The notes beneath the pieces were generated by a model. The model saw nothing but the letters and a program-made list of their open reading frames with translations. It was not told the DNA's origin and ran no database searches. Shown piece by piece: positions 13,576-27,112 of a stretch of 64,000 nt of DNA (position 1 is the first letter of the stretch; every line of letters begins with the position of its first letter). Origin of the DNA: Eledone cirrhosa (lineage: Eukaryota); the NCBI GenBank assembly GCA_964016885.1, contig OZ024747.1:13082001-13146000 (forward strand). The letters are read 5' to 3'. Position numbers and translations under genes: made by a program.

Positions 13576-15388
13576 AAGCCTTCATTTTCTATATAAGGAG
13601 ACAATAATTACTAAATGTAACAAGTTGAGATATTTTAGTCACACAAAGGAACACTGTAGGTGAAGGGATGCGGTGCTGGAAAAGACCTGTCCAACCCATG
13701 CAAGCATGGAAAAGTGAATGTAAAATGATGATGGTGAAGAAGCAGGTTTTAAAATGCTATATATAACAAGAATTATCATTGTCTGCTTTGAAAGGTTACA
13801 ACTAAATACATATTTAATATAACTGCTCTTTTTGTTTAGCACCAGTTCAACTCTGATTATATAGATCTACAATAAAAGACATTCCAGCCATGACTATCCC
13901 ATAGTTTTATATTGCTATGACTACCTAAATTGTTTAATGCCAATTCTTATGACTATCTACATTGTTTAATGTATTTTTCCTTTTTTTAAACTGAAGTTAT
14001 TATGAAGATTTAACTGCACTTTCTAGCAAGTCGTATGACTGTATAGAGGATCTCTCATTGATTTATATGCTTGTCTCTTAGTCCTCTATTCCATTACATC
14101 AATAAAATAGATATAAATGGAACAGTTTCTTGATTGGTTGCTCTAGGATATGTAGAAACTGCTAGAATTTTCTTTCTGTTTCTATTTCAATTTGAAAGGA
14201 TTCTCTGCCAATTCTGCCAACAATTCACAGAATTTGTTCTGGTTCTTTACATTTGACCCTTCCCCCAAAATTTCTGTCTTTGTTAGAAACAATTATTAAT
14301 ATTACTGAAGGTGATGGATTATCAGAATTGTTAGAACCTTGGATAAAATGTATTACGTTATTAATTCTGGCTTTTTATCATAAATTTCTGAGTTCAAATC
14401 CCACGAAGATACACACACACACACGCGCGCGTCTATCTATCTACCTATCTCTCTCTGCCTCCCTTTCTTTCCCTATTTATTTGTCTGAATGTCTGTCTAT
14501 TCACATACATCAAGGTTCACCCCAGCCACCTCCTGACTTCCTCATCTAACTCATTTTAGCATGGATGTACCCTTGCGCCCCCTGATACTTACCATATCTT
14601 GGTACTTACTGCAGACTTTTAATATCATCATCATCATCAACACTGTTTAACGTCTATTTTTCCACACTTTCATGGGTTAGACAAATCATCCATATTATGA
14701 AACATGTCTGGCCAGTTGGCTGTGCTTTACCTTGCTCAAACAGAACTGTTTTTTTTTTTTTTTAGCTGGATGCCCTTCCTAACACCAACTATATTTACAG
14801 TGTGGGACTGGGTAGTCCCATTATAAGGACAGTCTGGCCAGTTAGTCGTGCTATACTTTGCTCATAGCGGAACTGTATGAGTAAGGTACAGTGGAGCCAA
14901 CTTGCCAGACCATTCTCATAACAAGACCACCGAGCCTCACACTGTAAACATGGTTGGTGTTATATATATATAATACGTAGTTGTTGTTAGGAAGGGCAAC
15001 CAGCTGTAAAAAACCCCAGCCAAAACACAGTTCTGTTTGAGTAAGGTATGGCACAGCCAACTGGCCAGATCATCCCCATAACAGGGGCACCTGGTTCCAC
15101 ATTGTAAACGTGGTTGGTATTATATATATTCCAGCTCACAGTTTTTGTTGGAGAACAAACCTCATTAGATTTTTAACATACAAAATATAGTTCAGCATAT
15201 TGAATGTTGCTCCTCCCTAAGTAATGACTTAGATTGACAGAAAACAATCAATAATTCTCTATTTGCTGGTCAAAAGATACCGCTTGACTGTGCAAAGTTT
15301 TGTGATTGGAATTGAGTTGAATCAAATGAAAATTTAGTACATTAAACAAGTTAGATTTTGATCTTTTCTTATGTATCTTAACAGATCA

Positions 15389-15573
15389 TTGGCAGTATCG
15401 GTAGAGGGTCGGACGCCATGCTTTGCAGCAAAGAGTTACGGCGCTTTATGATCTGAGTTCAAATCCCGCCGAGGTTAACTTTACCTTTCATCCTTACGGG
15501 GTCGATAAAATAAAGTACCAGTAATACACTGGGATAATTGCTGGCCTTGTGCCAAAAGTAGAAACAGTTATTA
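15389..15573 (+). mobile_element. Young tRNA-derived SINE, second family (central domain recalled as Meta-like; unverified)
   Basis: A-box-like tggcagtatcgg, B-box gagttcaaatccc, body cctttcatccttacggggtcgataaaataaagtaccag; several close copies in the window. Confidence 0.85.
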
Positions 15574-15654
15574 TATAGTCATGTTTTTATGTACTAATGG
15601 TCTGATTAACCCACATGTTCACCAGTCTCTTGGTTAATTATCATGGAGAAGGTG

Positions 15655-16365
15655 TGAGTGGTGTTGTGTGGCATGGTGGTGTGGTGTGGCATGGTGGTGT
15701 GGTGTGGCGTGGTGGTGTGGTGTGGCGTGGTGGTGTGGTGTGGCATGGTGGTGTGGTGTGGCATGGTGGTGTGGTGTGGCATGGTGTGGCATGGTGGTGT
15801 GGTGTGGCATGGTGGTGTGGTGTGGCGTGGCATGGTGGTGTGGTGTGGCGTGGCATGGTGGTGTGGTGTGGCATGGTGGTGTGGTGTGGTGTGGCATGGT
15901 GGCGTGGCGTGGCATGGTGGTGTGGTGTGACATTGTGGTGTGGTGTGGCATGGTGGTGTGGTGTGGCGTGGCGTGGCATGGTGGTGTGGTGTGGCATGGT
16001 GGTGTGGTGTGGTGTGGCATGATGGTGTGGTGTGGCATGGTGGTGTGGTGTGGTGTGGCATGGTGGTGTGGTGTAGTATGGTGTGGCTATGGTGAGGTAT
16101 AGCGTGATGGGGCTGTGGTGTGGTATGGTGTAGTGTGGTGTGGTGTGGTTTGTTGTGTGTGGCATGGTGTGGTATGGTCTGGTGTGGCATGGTGTGGTAT
16201 GGTCTGGTGTGGCATGGTGTGGTGTGGTCTGGTGTGGTGTGGTCTAGTGTGGTGTGGTTTGTTGTGTGTGGTGTGGTGTGGTGTGGTGTGGTGTGGCATG
16301 GTTTGTTGTAGAGTGGAGTGGTTTGTTGTATTGTGGTGTTGTGGCGTGGTGTAGTGTGGTGTGTT
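15655..16365. repeat. G/T-rich minisatellite built from GTGTG, GTG and GGCAT units
   Basis: Direct reading; gives the HHTTMP / WCGV pseudo-ORFs. Confidence 0.95.
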
Positions 16366-17052
16366 GTCGTGGGAAGATCATTGTATTGTTTCTTATAATG
16401 TTGTGATTAACCTACAGGTTTACAAATCTCTTGATAAATTATGATGAAGGTGTGGTGTGGTAGATCATGTGGTGTGTTGGATGATGGTGGCGGGATTATT
16501 GTACTGTTTTCTATATTGCATCCATGTTTATGCTTGATATGATTCATAGAAATTATCGGCAAATCTTTTACTAAGTTCATGCTGGATACACAACTGCATG
16601 TGACTTTCTAATTAATATATGGGTGTGTGTGTATATTAGTATTTATATACATATATATATGTACAGACACACTCAGATACACAGAGACACATACGCTCAT
16701 GTACACACACAGATATACACACATACACACTGAAACACACACACACACACAGAGGTACAAATACAAACACACACAGAGATACATACACATAGGCGTTAAA
16801 GTGGGAGTCATTAAAACATCAGATAAAATGCTTTCCAGTATTTATTCTTGCTCTCTGAGCTTTAATCTTACTCAGGTCAATGGACATGACAGATCCGTTT
16901 GTGTTAGTGTCATGATAAAATACACTTGGTAGAGCGCAGGATTATATGTCAGGCCTTTGGCCCACCTGGATGTCAGAGGCTCTGGCTGAGTACTGACCAG
17001 TCTGTGATAACATGTCCAAGCCTTGCTAGCTTGGGAAATGGATGTTAAACAA

Positions 17053-17338
17053 TAATTGTTTCTACTTTAGGCACAAGGCCAGCAATTACCCAGTGCATTA
17101 CTGGTACTTTATTTTATCGACCCCGTAAGGATGAAAGGCAAAGTCAACCTCGGCGGGATTTGAACTCAGTCCGAACATTAATAATAATTGTTTCTACTTT
17201 AGGCACAAGGCCAGCAATTACCCAGTGCATTACTGGTACTTTATTGCAAAGTCAACCTCGGCAGGATTTGAACTCGGATTGTAAAGGGACGTAACTATGC
17301 TGGAAAGCATGGCGTCCGACCCTCTACCGATACTGCCA
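17053..17338 (-). mobile_element. Two tandem copies of second-family SINE (one 5'-truncated, one internally deleted) inserted in an RTE-type tail
   Basis: taattgtttctactttaggcacaaggccagc occurs at 17053 and ~17185. Confidence 0.85.
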
Positions 17339-17509
17339 AAATAATGATGATGATGATACATACATACACGTCATCATCATCATCATCGTTTAATGTCCAT
17401 CTTCCACGCTAGCATGGGTTAGATAGGTTTGTCCCACTTGAGGCAAGATTGGTCAGATGACCGTGTCTCACTTGTATGTTTTCGGCTGGTTTTCTCTCTC
17501 TCTCTCTAT

Positions 17510-17705
17510 GGAGGCACATGGCTTAGTGGTTAGAGCATTGGCCTTGCAATCGAAAGGTTGTGAGTTCAATTCTCTGACCGGGTGATGTGTTGTGTCCTTG
17601 TTCCTCCAGTTTACTCAGCTGTAGAAATCAAGCTGTAGAAATCAAGCCAGAATCAGTTCCCGTCCCACCCTTGCAAGCAGGGAAAAGCGGACGTAAAATG
17701 ATGAT
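17510..17705 (+). mobile_element. Young CORE-type SINE with internal deletions
   Basis: Head ggaggcacatggcttagtggttagagc...gagttcaattc; tail cccttgcaagcagggaaaagcggacgtaaaatgatga. Confidence 0.85.
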
Positions 17706-18258
17706 ATATATATATATAAGTACCTACATACATATGCACACACACACACACACATATATACATATATATACATATACATTGATGACTATAAAGTTCTTGT
17801 ATCTATTGCCAATTTTGAAATATTATCTGCGACGTATATGGGCCCTCCCCCCTCTTATGTTGAGTTCATTTACTTTCACTGCGACATCTCTTTTTTTTTT
17901 TATCACGTGACTGTATTATTCCATTGATTCATCTCAGTGCCACCAAACCATTTAGATGTTGCTATCACTACCAGCCAACTTCTATACATCATCCATGCAG
18001 TGTTTGTTTACGTCACCACTCGTCTAACTAACCATTTTTATCACATATTGTTCGACTTAAATGTCAAACTTTTAATTATATATATGTATTTTGTCCTTGC
18101 CATGGAATTTCACGTAAGTTCTGCTTCATTATTGTCTTGTCTTATAATATACTCCAGTACAGTGTTTAGATACTGTGGCCCTAAATGGTAGGGGTTGAAA
18201 CTGTGTATGTCTTTTTAAACAGCTGATGACCATAGAATTGTATCTCTGGCCAATTTTG

Positions 18259-18300
<42 letters not shown>

Positions 18301-19205
18301 AGTAAACAAATGGGCTGTTAGAATGTGAGAGAAAGTGCTTTGTGGTATTTGCTGTTTGCACCCTGAGTTCAGATTCCAGTGAGCTCAACTTTACCTTTCA
18401 TCTTTTCAAGGTTGATGAATAAAGTTCTAGTTGGAAACTTATATCAATATTTCCTCTACATCTTTTTCTCACTTCCTCTAACCCTCTTTGATAGAAATCA
18501 GCTGTGTTTCAACCTGGAGAGGAATCGGCTTTGCCAGATTCATTCTTTCTACTCCATCAGAAGTTAAGAATCCATGGAAATATATACATACACTCATTCA
18601 TGCACACATATACCCACCCCTTTATATATGTCACCATCATTATCATATGTTCATTTTTCCATGCTAGCATGTTTTCTATGGTTGGCTACTCTTTCTATCA
18701 CCAATCACATTACAGACTGTATTGGGTGAATTTTATTGTGGCCCCAACACTATATATAAAAAACACACATGCATGCATACATACACATTCATTAGTTAGT
18801 AAGGTTAGTCTTTTTTCTGGGCCAATGTCATAAAGTTTTTTTTCACACTTCTCTCCCCATCTTTATCATTTGTTTCTGGATAAATTTCAAGTTAGTATTC
18901 TACTTCAGGTTGTCAATGTATGTGATATGATCTCTATTATTCTTATCTACTGTTATGTCTATAGGCAACAAAGGTGTCAACTCTTCTACTGTTGTCATTG
19001 TAGCTTTGTTATTTCTTTGCATAATGTTTTTAAATCCACCCTCCCCTCCATCTCCCTCTTAATAGATAGCTCTAATTTGAAATCTTCTCCCTCCTGATGT
19101 TTTGGAAATGATAGTTCTTTTTTCTTTTGAGTTTTGCTAATTTACTATTTATTTTAATTTTTGCCTTAACTACCCTATGGTCCCTTGATATGTTTACTCC
19201 TTTAG

Positions 19206-19299
19206 GTTACATAAGAACAGCTATAAAACACTAGCAGTGTTGTGTGAAGGAGATCAACCTTTTATATATAATATTTATCATAGCAGCACTATCACTAAA
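19206..19299 (+). CDS. Tentative internal exon (LHKNSYKTLAVLCEGDQPFIYNIYHSSTITK)
   Basis: Pyrimidine-rich acceptor tttactcctttag, donor aaa|gtatgc, single open frame; no homology recognised. Confidence 0.3.
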
Positions 19300-20156
19300 G
19301 TATGCCTCTTACCAGATTATGCGTCCTCCTCTGCATATATTAGTTTTAGTTCAGAATATTCATTCTTATAAATAGATTTCCTATACTAAAGTATAACAAA
19401 TTATTGCAGTTGATTTTAGGTTCATTTTGATAGAATCTAAAGCTAGAAGATAATGGATTTTGACAAACTACTGATATGAATATTTTGTTTTATATAGCAT
19501 TCATTATAGAAATTATCATAAGTTAGTTATGTCATGGACTAGTGAATGAGTCATTTCCTGAGTCATTTCCTGGGTTTATATAGAGTTAAATTTGGACAGA
19601 TGCCTAGGTTCGAAAACATTTTGCATAATAACTCTTGAATATATTTCTCACATCAATGTTCACTCCAGGAATACAACAGATAGATGATTAAACTTGTTTC
19701 TTTGTATAAGTTATTTTAAAATACTAATTTTAGAAATACTTAGGCAACTATATTCAAAGTTTTCAAGTTTTACTTGAATATTAATAAGTGATTGAGGTAG
19801 GTTGAAAATATATTTTATAATCTTATTTTATAAAACCATCATTTTGCAATATCAGCAGATTTTACAAGAGTTTCTAGATTGAGGAATAAGAAGGATGCAA
19901 TGTTAATTCTTGTAGGTTAGTGGCTGGAGATAAAATATTGGCAGAGATGAGTTCCAGAAGTATATGTTTCTGAAAAAGAATATTTGGGGTGTAGAATGAG
20001 CTCTTATGGATAGAAAAAAGAGTAATGAATAAATTAAATGGGCTTATGTGGAAATCATTAGAACATCAGATTAAATGCCTTGCGGTGTTTATTATCCTCT
20101 CTGTGCATTTAGTTCAAATCTGGCTGAGGTCAACTTTTCTTTTCATCTTTCATAAT

Positions 20157-20540
20157 TGTTTTTACTTTAGGAACAAGGCCAGCAATTACCCAGTGCATTA
20201 CTGGTACTTTATTTTATCGACCTTGTAAGGATGAAAGGCAAAGTCAACCTCGGCGGGATTTGAACTCAGATCTTAAAGGGACGTAACTATGCTGGAAAGC
20301 ATGACGTCCGACCCTCTACCGATACTGCCAATCAAATACCTTTTCATCTTTCATAATTGTTTTTACTTTTGGCACAAGGCCAGCAATTAACCAGTGCATT
20401 ACTGGTACTTTATTTTATCGACCCCGTAAGGATGAAAGGCAAAGTCAACCTCGGCGGGATTTGAACTCAGATCGTAAAGGGACATAACTATGCTGGAAAG
20501 CATGACGTCCGACCCTCTACCGATACTGCCAATCAACCAC
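20157..20540 (-). mobile_element. Two tandem full-length second-family SINEs within an older opposite-strand copy
   Basis: 201-bp period; 18-mer cttttcatctttcataat at 20139, 20340 and 20541. Confidence 0.9.
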
Positions 20541-20689
20541 CTTTTCATCTTTCATAATGATGGATAAACAGAATTGTTGGAGTAATGAATATTGTACAGG
20601 CTCTGTGATATCTGTACAGGCTCTGCATGTTATCTAATAATTACTTCATTTTGATTATAAAATCAGTAATAATAATTTTTTCTTGATAG

Positions 20690-20891
20690 AACTCCTTCCA
20701 GTGACCTTTCATTGTACCAAGGTCTGTTTATTGGGGTAAATCTACATATGGTATTCTGAGAAATATTTCAATTAACTTGTAAAAACTGTTTACAACTTTG
20801 ACCTTTCTGCTCTCATAGAAAGAACATTGAGAATTAAAGAATGCTTTGAAATACTGCCTATGGAGCAGACAGCAACAGCAGCCTGGTTAAA
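20690..20891 (+). CDS. Tentative exon pair 20690-20721 and 20819-20891 (TPSSDLSLYQ-E-RTLRIKECFEILPMEQTATAAWL)
   Basis: Acceptors ttttttcttgatag and tttctgctctcatag, donors caag|gtctgt and taa|a|gttggt region; phases compatible across a 97-nt intron. Confidence 0.22.
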
Positions 20892-21544
20892 GTTGGTTGA
20901 TCTAAATGCTTTACTATTTCAGCTAAACAGCATTTGGAGCTATTCATCATTTTCAGCAGATATTTTTATCTTTTGTTTAATTGGGTTTGATAATAATGAA
21001 AAGAATTATTAAATAACTTGGAGAAATTGAGAAACAAAATTAAAATCAAACAAACTTGGTTTTTAAAATGAAAAGAAAGTAATAGCTGTATGAGGGGATA
21101 GGGACCAATATTGGCATAATGACAAATTTAATTATTAAATTAATTATATTATAGGAAATGAAATACTTTGTATTTCCCAAATAATTTAATTCCCGTGATA
21201 AAGACATGTAATTAAGCTGTTGCACCCTAATTGCACTTATCATTATCTTGGAGCTAGTAATAAAAAAATTTCCTTTTGAATCTATTAACCTATAAGTTAA
21301 TGGATTCTTTTAGGCTCTAAATCTTTTCTTGGTTGAATGCACTCTGTCTAATCACTGTCTAATCAAACTACCAGTTGACTTTGTTCACCTTTTATGCCTA
21401 GAGTAAATTAGTAATAGCACAATTATTACTAGATAGAGATGCTTGTCTTCAATTTTATAAGTAGCTGATTAATTATTCAACATTCAATGTCTTATATTTA
21501 TTAAATCACACATGCTTCCTACAACCCAGAAACCTTTTCATATA

Positions 21545-22067
21545 CAGGGTGGATGGAAAGAAACTTCCTATTGAAAATTACTTATAACTTTTGGTCTACT
21601 GTGATCACATGGGACAGCATCAGTGATCTTATATTCATGCAAGATGGGGCACCTCCTCATTTTGCACACACTGTCCATAAATGGCTTGATGTCTAATTTC
21701 CAGGGCATTGGCTGGGACTCTGAGGTCCACATGAATAGCCAGTAAGAAGCCCTGACTTACCACCTTCCATTTTTTCTTGTGAGAGTGGGCAAAAGAAGTT
21801 TATAGCTTAAAACCAAACACCTGACTCAAGTAGAGGAATGCATTTATCATGTACTGACCAACATATGGCCTGAGTTCCCGAGGAAGTCAGTCAAGGATAT
21901 ACCCAGACGATTACAAGCACTACTGGACAACACTGGTACCTAAGTGGAATTTTAACACTGTATGTGTACTTCTACCATTCAAAATAAAATAGGTTTTATG
22001 AAAATCAACCAATAAATGATAAAGTTATTAACAATTTAAAATAAGGAGTTTCTTTCCACCCACCTTG
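21545..22067 (+). mobile_element. Internally deleted Tc1/mariner element with decayed transposase, DD41D (rosa/Visitor)-like spacing
   Basis: TA-flanked TIRs cagggtggatggaaagaaact / agtttctttccacccaccttg; from 21625 DLIFMQDGAPPHFAHTVHKWLDV*FPGHWLGL*GPHE*PVRSPDL then frameshifted HFFL*EWAKEVY. Confidence 0.88.
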
Positions 22068-23297
22068 TATTAAACACTTTTAATATATGTAAATAAATCT
22101 CAAGAATATTAAAAGAAACTACAAGATTTACTGAAATAGTATTATGGTTAGTTGACGAAGTTTTGGTAGAGAATGGTGAAACAGTTTGTGTTAATAAATG
22201 TTTGTTTTCATTAATAAATCACTAGTTTCAGAAATAAGTTGTATTACAGTTGATATTTGAAAATTTCTCTTTCTTTGTAACACTGTCTAAGAAAATTGTG
22301 TTGAAACATTATAGAAGTCTATTGAATCACTGAGTCAATAATTAGATCATAGATGTATTCTCATTGTTAAAGATTTACGTGCTGCAGGAAAGATTTTCAC
22401 TGATGCAAATCAAGCCATGTGCAAGATTATTTTGCTTTATTGATTGGTCAGTCTTCAGGCATATGTAATGCCTGTTTTGTTCATTACAATTTTTCTCTCA
22501 TGATAAAAGTAAAGCCTTTACAGCAGGAGATTCTTTTTAAATGCTAAGGAAAGTAATTTATCCAGAAAGATGTTTTTTTATGATACTACAGCTCCACATC
22601 ACTAAACACCAAAGATATGCATAGATCTAAATTTCTATAAGAGTTACCATGCTTTTACTTACACTTTTTGTGTTGCTTTGCCAAAGTAGGAGGTAAAAGG
22701 TATGCAAAGGATAACAACAAAGGAGAAAATTAGAGGAATCTGGGTTTCTAGCTATACTTTAGCATAAAAAAAGCTGACAAGTTACAGGCCTTGGTATGAT
22801 TTATGTGTAGTATGGATCAATTTCAGTAGTAATGACTGTAGCTAAAGAATATGATCAGAAGAAATTACAGATTATGTTCTGCTGAATCTCTATTAGATCT
22901 TTGAATATTTCAGAAATATATTTTTATCCATTGGTTTCTGATACTCATAGCTCTAACCTAAATTTATTAAATTGTAAGAAGTTAGAAGTTGAAGTATTGT
23001 TTTGAATTGGAAACAGATGATATAATGTAAGATCTATAAGATGCCAGCATAATGTATTTTGGAGGCCTTACTATGGATCTGATGCTGGGGAGTCCTTCTC
23101 TACAGAGCAGGCCTGAGAAAGATTTGTTTTTATAGATGGCCAGTAGTTGCTCATGCATGCAAGTCTCTTCTCTTAATGTTACCAATGTTGTCCAAGGGAA
23201 AGGCATGGCTTGATACAGCTTGGCACCTGTGTTGTCACCAGCGTCATCATCAAAATTCAATGACACAACAATACCAAGGCTCTACCAACTCCTTTAA

Positions 23298-23507
23298 TCC
23301 TTTAGCATTTAAATTGGCTGTATCTAGCCAGAATTCTCTCACTTCGTTCTGTTCAAACTGGTTGTAACTACTTTTGGCACAAGGCCAGCAATTATCCCAG
23401 TGACCAACAATCTCGTAGATTTGATATTATGTGAACTAATTATGGAAGATACAGCCTTTACCACAAAAATCCAATAGTATATATAGAGTAATGTAAATGT
23501 TAAAGGG
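23298..23507. mobile_element. piggyBac-type MITE (second family) carrying a SINE 3' fragment at ~23368-23402
   Basis: ttaa|tcctttagcattta ... taaatgttaaaggg|ttaa. Confidence 0.7.
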
Positions 23508-23760
23508 TTAAGCTACCTTCATTGTTGGGTGTTCTATTTATTGATCCTATAAAGTGGATCTGGCAGGATTTAAACTCGATGTAGATAGTTGGAGCAATCA
23601 TCATAAGGCATTCTTTCTAATGTTCAAATGTTTCTACCAATTCACTGCCTAATTAACATCATTTAGGGAGGAAGATATAGTTTAAGATACACATCCTGAG
23701 CAAAATAAAAGATATAAAACAATCGTTGAAAAAAATATCACCAAGAAGGTCTTCACACCA

Positions 23761-23938
23761 ATAATTGTTTCTACTTTTGGCACAAGGCCATCAATTACCT
23801 AGTACATTACTGGTACTTTATTTTATCGACCTCGTAAGGATGAAAGGCAAAGTCAACCTCAGCGGGATTTGAACTCAGACCGTAAAGGGACGTAACTATG
23901 CTGGAAAGCATGGCATCCGACTCTCTACTGATACTGCC
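23761..23938 (-). mobile_element. Second-family SINE
   Basis: Reverse complement of the 15389 copy. Confidence 0.88.
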
Positions 23939-24533
23939 ACCAATAATAAGTAACAATCTTAAACTCCTAATATTTCAAATAGAGATTAGACTTTAATTGT
24001 TCATTTTCAAATTAATACAATCTTTTCATTTTGTCTGAAAGGTGAATATTTTGTAGCACAACCTTTAGGTAGGTCATCTGTGATAGACACACTTCTTAAC
24101 AGGGGTGGTGGTAGTGGTGGTGGGGGAGCACTGGCCACTCAAATTTTAACTCTTAAACACCTGTAGGGATTTGGCATAAATATATATAGAACATGCATAC
24201 ATGCACACATTCAGAAACACACACACAGATAGAAATACACACCCACAGAAACACACGCACACACACGCAGTCTTTTAACTCTTAACATCCTGTAATGATT
24301 TAGCAGAAAATATCTAAAACATGCACACACAGCAGACATGTACACACACATAGGCACACACACAGCAGACATGTACACACACATAGGCACACACACACAG
24401 ACACACACACACACACACACAGACACGCACACACACACACACACACACACAAGGCACACACAGACACACACAGACACAGACACACAGACACACACAGACA
24501 CACACAGACACACACACACACACAGTCTTTTAA

Positions 24534-24744
24534 CTCTTAACATCCTGTAATGATTCAGCAGAAAATATCTAAAAACAGGTTTGTTAATTCAAATGTTTAT
24601 AGAACCTTTACTAGTGGACAGATCATTGTGAAAACTTGCTGTAAACTAAAGACTAATTTCTAACGTGATTTTGTCATATTGGTGTTTTGTACTTTATAAG
24701 AATGTCTTGCTAATATCATTTCCTTTAGTACAGGATGTTAAGAG
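24534..24744 (+). mobile_element. piggyBac-type MITE
   Basis: Perfect 16-bp TIRs ctcttaacatcctgta / tacaggatgttaagag with TTAA on both sides (24530-24533, 24745-24748). Confidence 0.9.
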
Positions 24745-26826
24745 TTAATAGACATATTTTCACAATCTTTTACTTTGAAGTATATCAAGTTCTATTTTCT
24801 TGATCACATAGTTATTCTAATATTACAATAGCAGACTAAATTATAATTATTGTCTGCATCAAGCTACTCTTCAGTGTTCATCATGTTTTACCATGAATGT
24901 TGATCATTTTGTTTTGATAAGTGAGTAGACAGGAAGTTGCATATGACAACAGTTTGAGAGTTAGCCATGTTGGTTCTAAGTAGATTGTGTTATTACAATA
25001 ATGTATTTGTTGTAGCAGATAGGTGTTTCATTTCTTTATTTTTTCTTCTTTTTATCTGTTCGCAAATGAATGGCGGTTGGTTACACTATAAAAAATATTT
25101 TTAATATAATGGTTAAATAAAGAAATTTTCCAGTCTTGATTAAGAAACCGTTTATGAGATGTTCAAGTAGTGGAGGTTATGGGGAAAAAGGTTTGACTAG
25201 AAAAGAATGAAATGATTAGAACACTTAGTGTTGTTAACACAGAGGAAATTGATTGAAAATAACGACCATTGCTTGAAATATTCTTATTAATTACTAGCTT
25301 TTCTCTATGTGGTTGCTTCAAATGCTAGAAATAGCAACCAAATCTCTCAAATTCTAACCTACCATCCTAGAAATGTGACACATTGGATGTGGTTGTGGTA
25401 CACTGCACCTGGAAAAATAAATGGATGGTCCCGAATAGAAAGCTTTTGGTTATGGGTCTATTTAATTAGGGTTGACCTGGGGTAGAGAAGACAAGAACAA
25501 ACAGCTTTGAATAAAGTTATTTTACTTTTTGTAATTTTGTAAATGGCATTTGATTGGAGTAGATCTATGGTCAAAAACATGTGTCATGACTATCATGTCT
25601 TGCACTCAGGAATAGTGTATCAAGAACTACCTTATTTAATGTATCCTTCACTTTTTATAACAGTAAAATATAATTTGAGGGAGATTTGACTGCTATTTCT
25701 AGCAAGATGATCAACCTCTGTATTCTGATATAGTTTCTGATCTAGTGGCAGTATTAGATAGTAGTATAATCGACTTTATAACCATGTGTAACCAGTTCAC
25801 AATAAGTACACCATATCCCTGTACATCGAAAGAAGTGATAGAAAGTGATGGTGTTAGGAAGAGTACCCAGCTGTAAAATGTTACTTCAAAAAGTCCCATC
25901 CAACCTATGTCAGCATGAAAATGTCAATATAAAAAACGATGATAATAGTGTGTGTGTGTAAAATGTTATTTTTATTGATATTATATAACAATATTGATTA
26001 AATAGTAAATGAATTGTTGAGTGTATTTATACTTTTGCTATTCTCTTCATTGGTAAGAACAGGATACCAGTTTACAACAATGAATTATTTTCCTTAACTG
26101 ATGCCGTGATAGGGAGGTACTACATCTTAACTGATGCAACCATTTCATAACATTATTCTATATTCACAGATGCAGCTGTTAGTTAACTCATAGAACAATA
26201 CAGGACAATGGTTCATAACATACAGTAAACATCTTCACTGATACATTTATGTATCTTACATATCCTTGTTATGGCTTGAATTAACTGTTTTTAAATAGTG
26301 ATGGAGACCCAGGAGCCAACTCCAAGCAAGATGGTTGAATAACATCATGCTTGGGGATCCGGCTAGATCATTCCTTATATGTGGGTGGGGAGAATATTTG
26401 TTTAATTTTAATGGAAAGAATACTGGTTTAACTTTAATGGAGAGAGTATTGGTTTCGAACTTTTGAATCTCAAATAATCGTCCCCACTCTTATAAATTTT
26501 TCAGATTTTTTCCACCCCTTCACTTTTATTCTACCCAACCTACTTATTAAATTTTGCTAATCTATTTCTAGCAACATTTTTAAGCTTCAAACTTAGTTGG
26601 CACAACTTTATTCACCTGAACATTTACCCTTGATGCACACACATAGATTCATATATACACATGTATACACATACATACAGACACATACACAAATACACAC
26701 ACATGTATATATATATACATGTATACACATATGTGTATATATATACACATATATATATGTATATATAAATCTATATATATACACACACACATATATATGC
26801 ATATGTACACACACACATACACACAT

Positions 26827-27036
26827 ATCATCATCATTTTACGTCCGCTTTTCCCTGCTTGCAAGGGTGGGACGGGTCTTATTCAGCACAGCATCTCTCC
26901 ACTCGTCACGGTCCCTCGTCATCTCCACCGTGAGCTTCAATGATCTGAGGTCTGTTCTCACCACCTCCGCCCATGTTTTTCGTGGTCTACCTCTACCACG
27001 TCTTCCTTCAACTGGCAATTCCTGGCACTTCTTCAC
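26827..27036 (-). mobile_element. RTE LINE 3' fragment (family B) in TA/CA microsatellite
   Basis: VKKCQELPVEGRRGRGRPRKTWAEVVRTDL...[12 protein letters not shown] plus (TGA)n. Confidence 0.9.
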
Positions 27037-27066
27037 ACCACACACATATATATATATATGTGTGTG

Positions 27067-27112
<46 letters not shown>

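Noticed and set aside
15606-16354. His/Thr/Pro-rich and WCGV-rich ORFs
   Set aside because: Open in all six frames because of the minisatellite; no splice or codon evidence
17510-17580. tRNA-like sequences at SINE heads
   Set aside because: No complete cloverleaf or acceptor stem; they continue into SINE bodies
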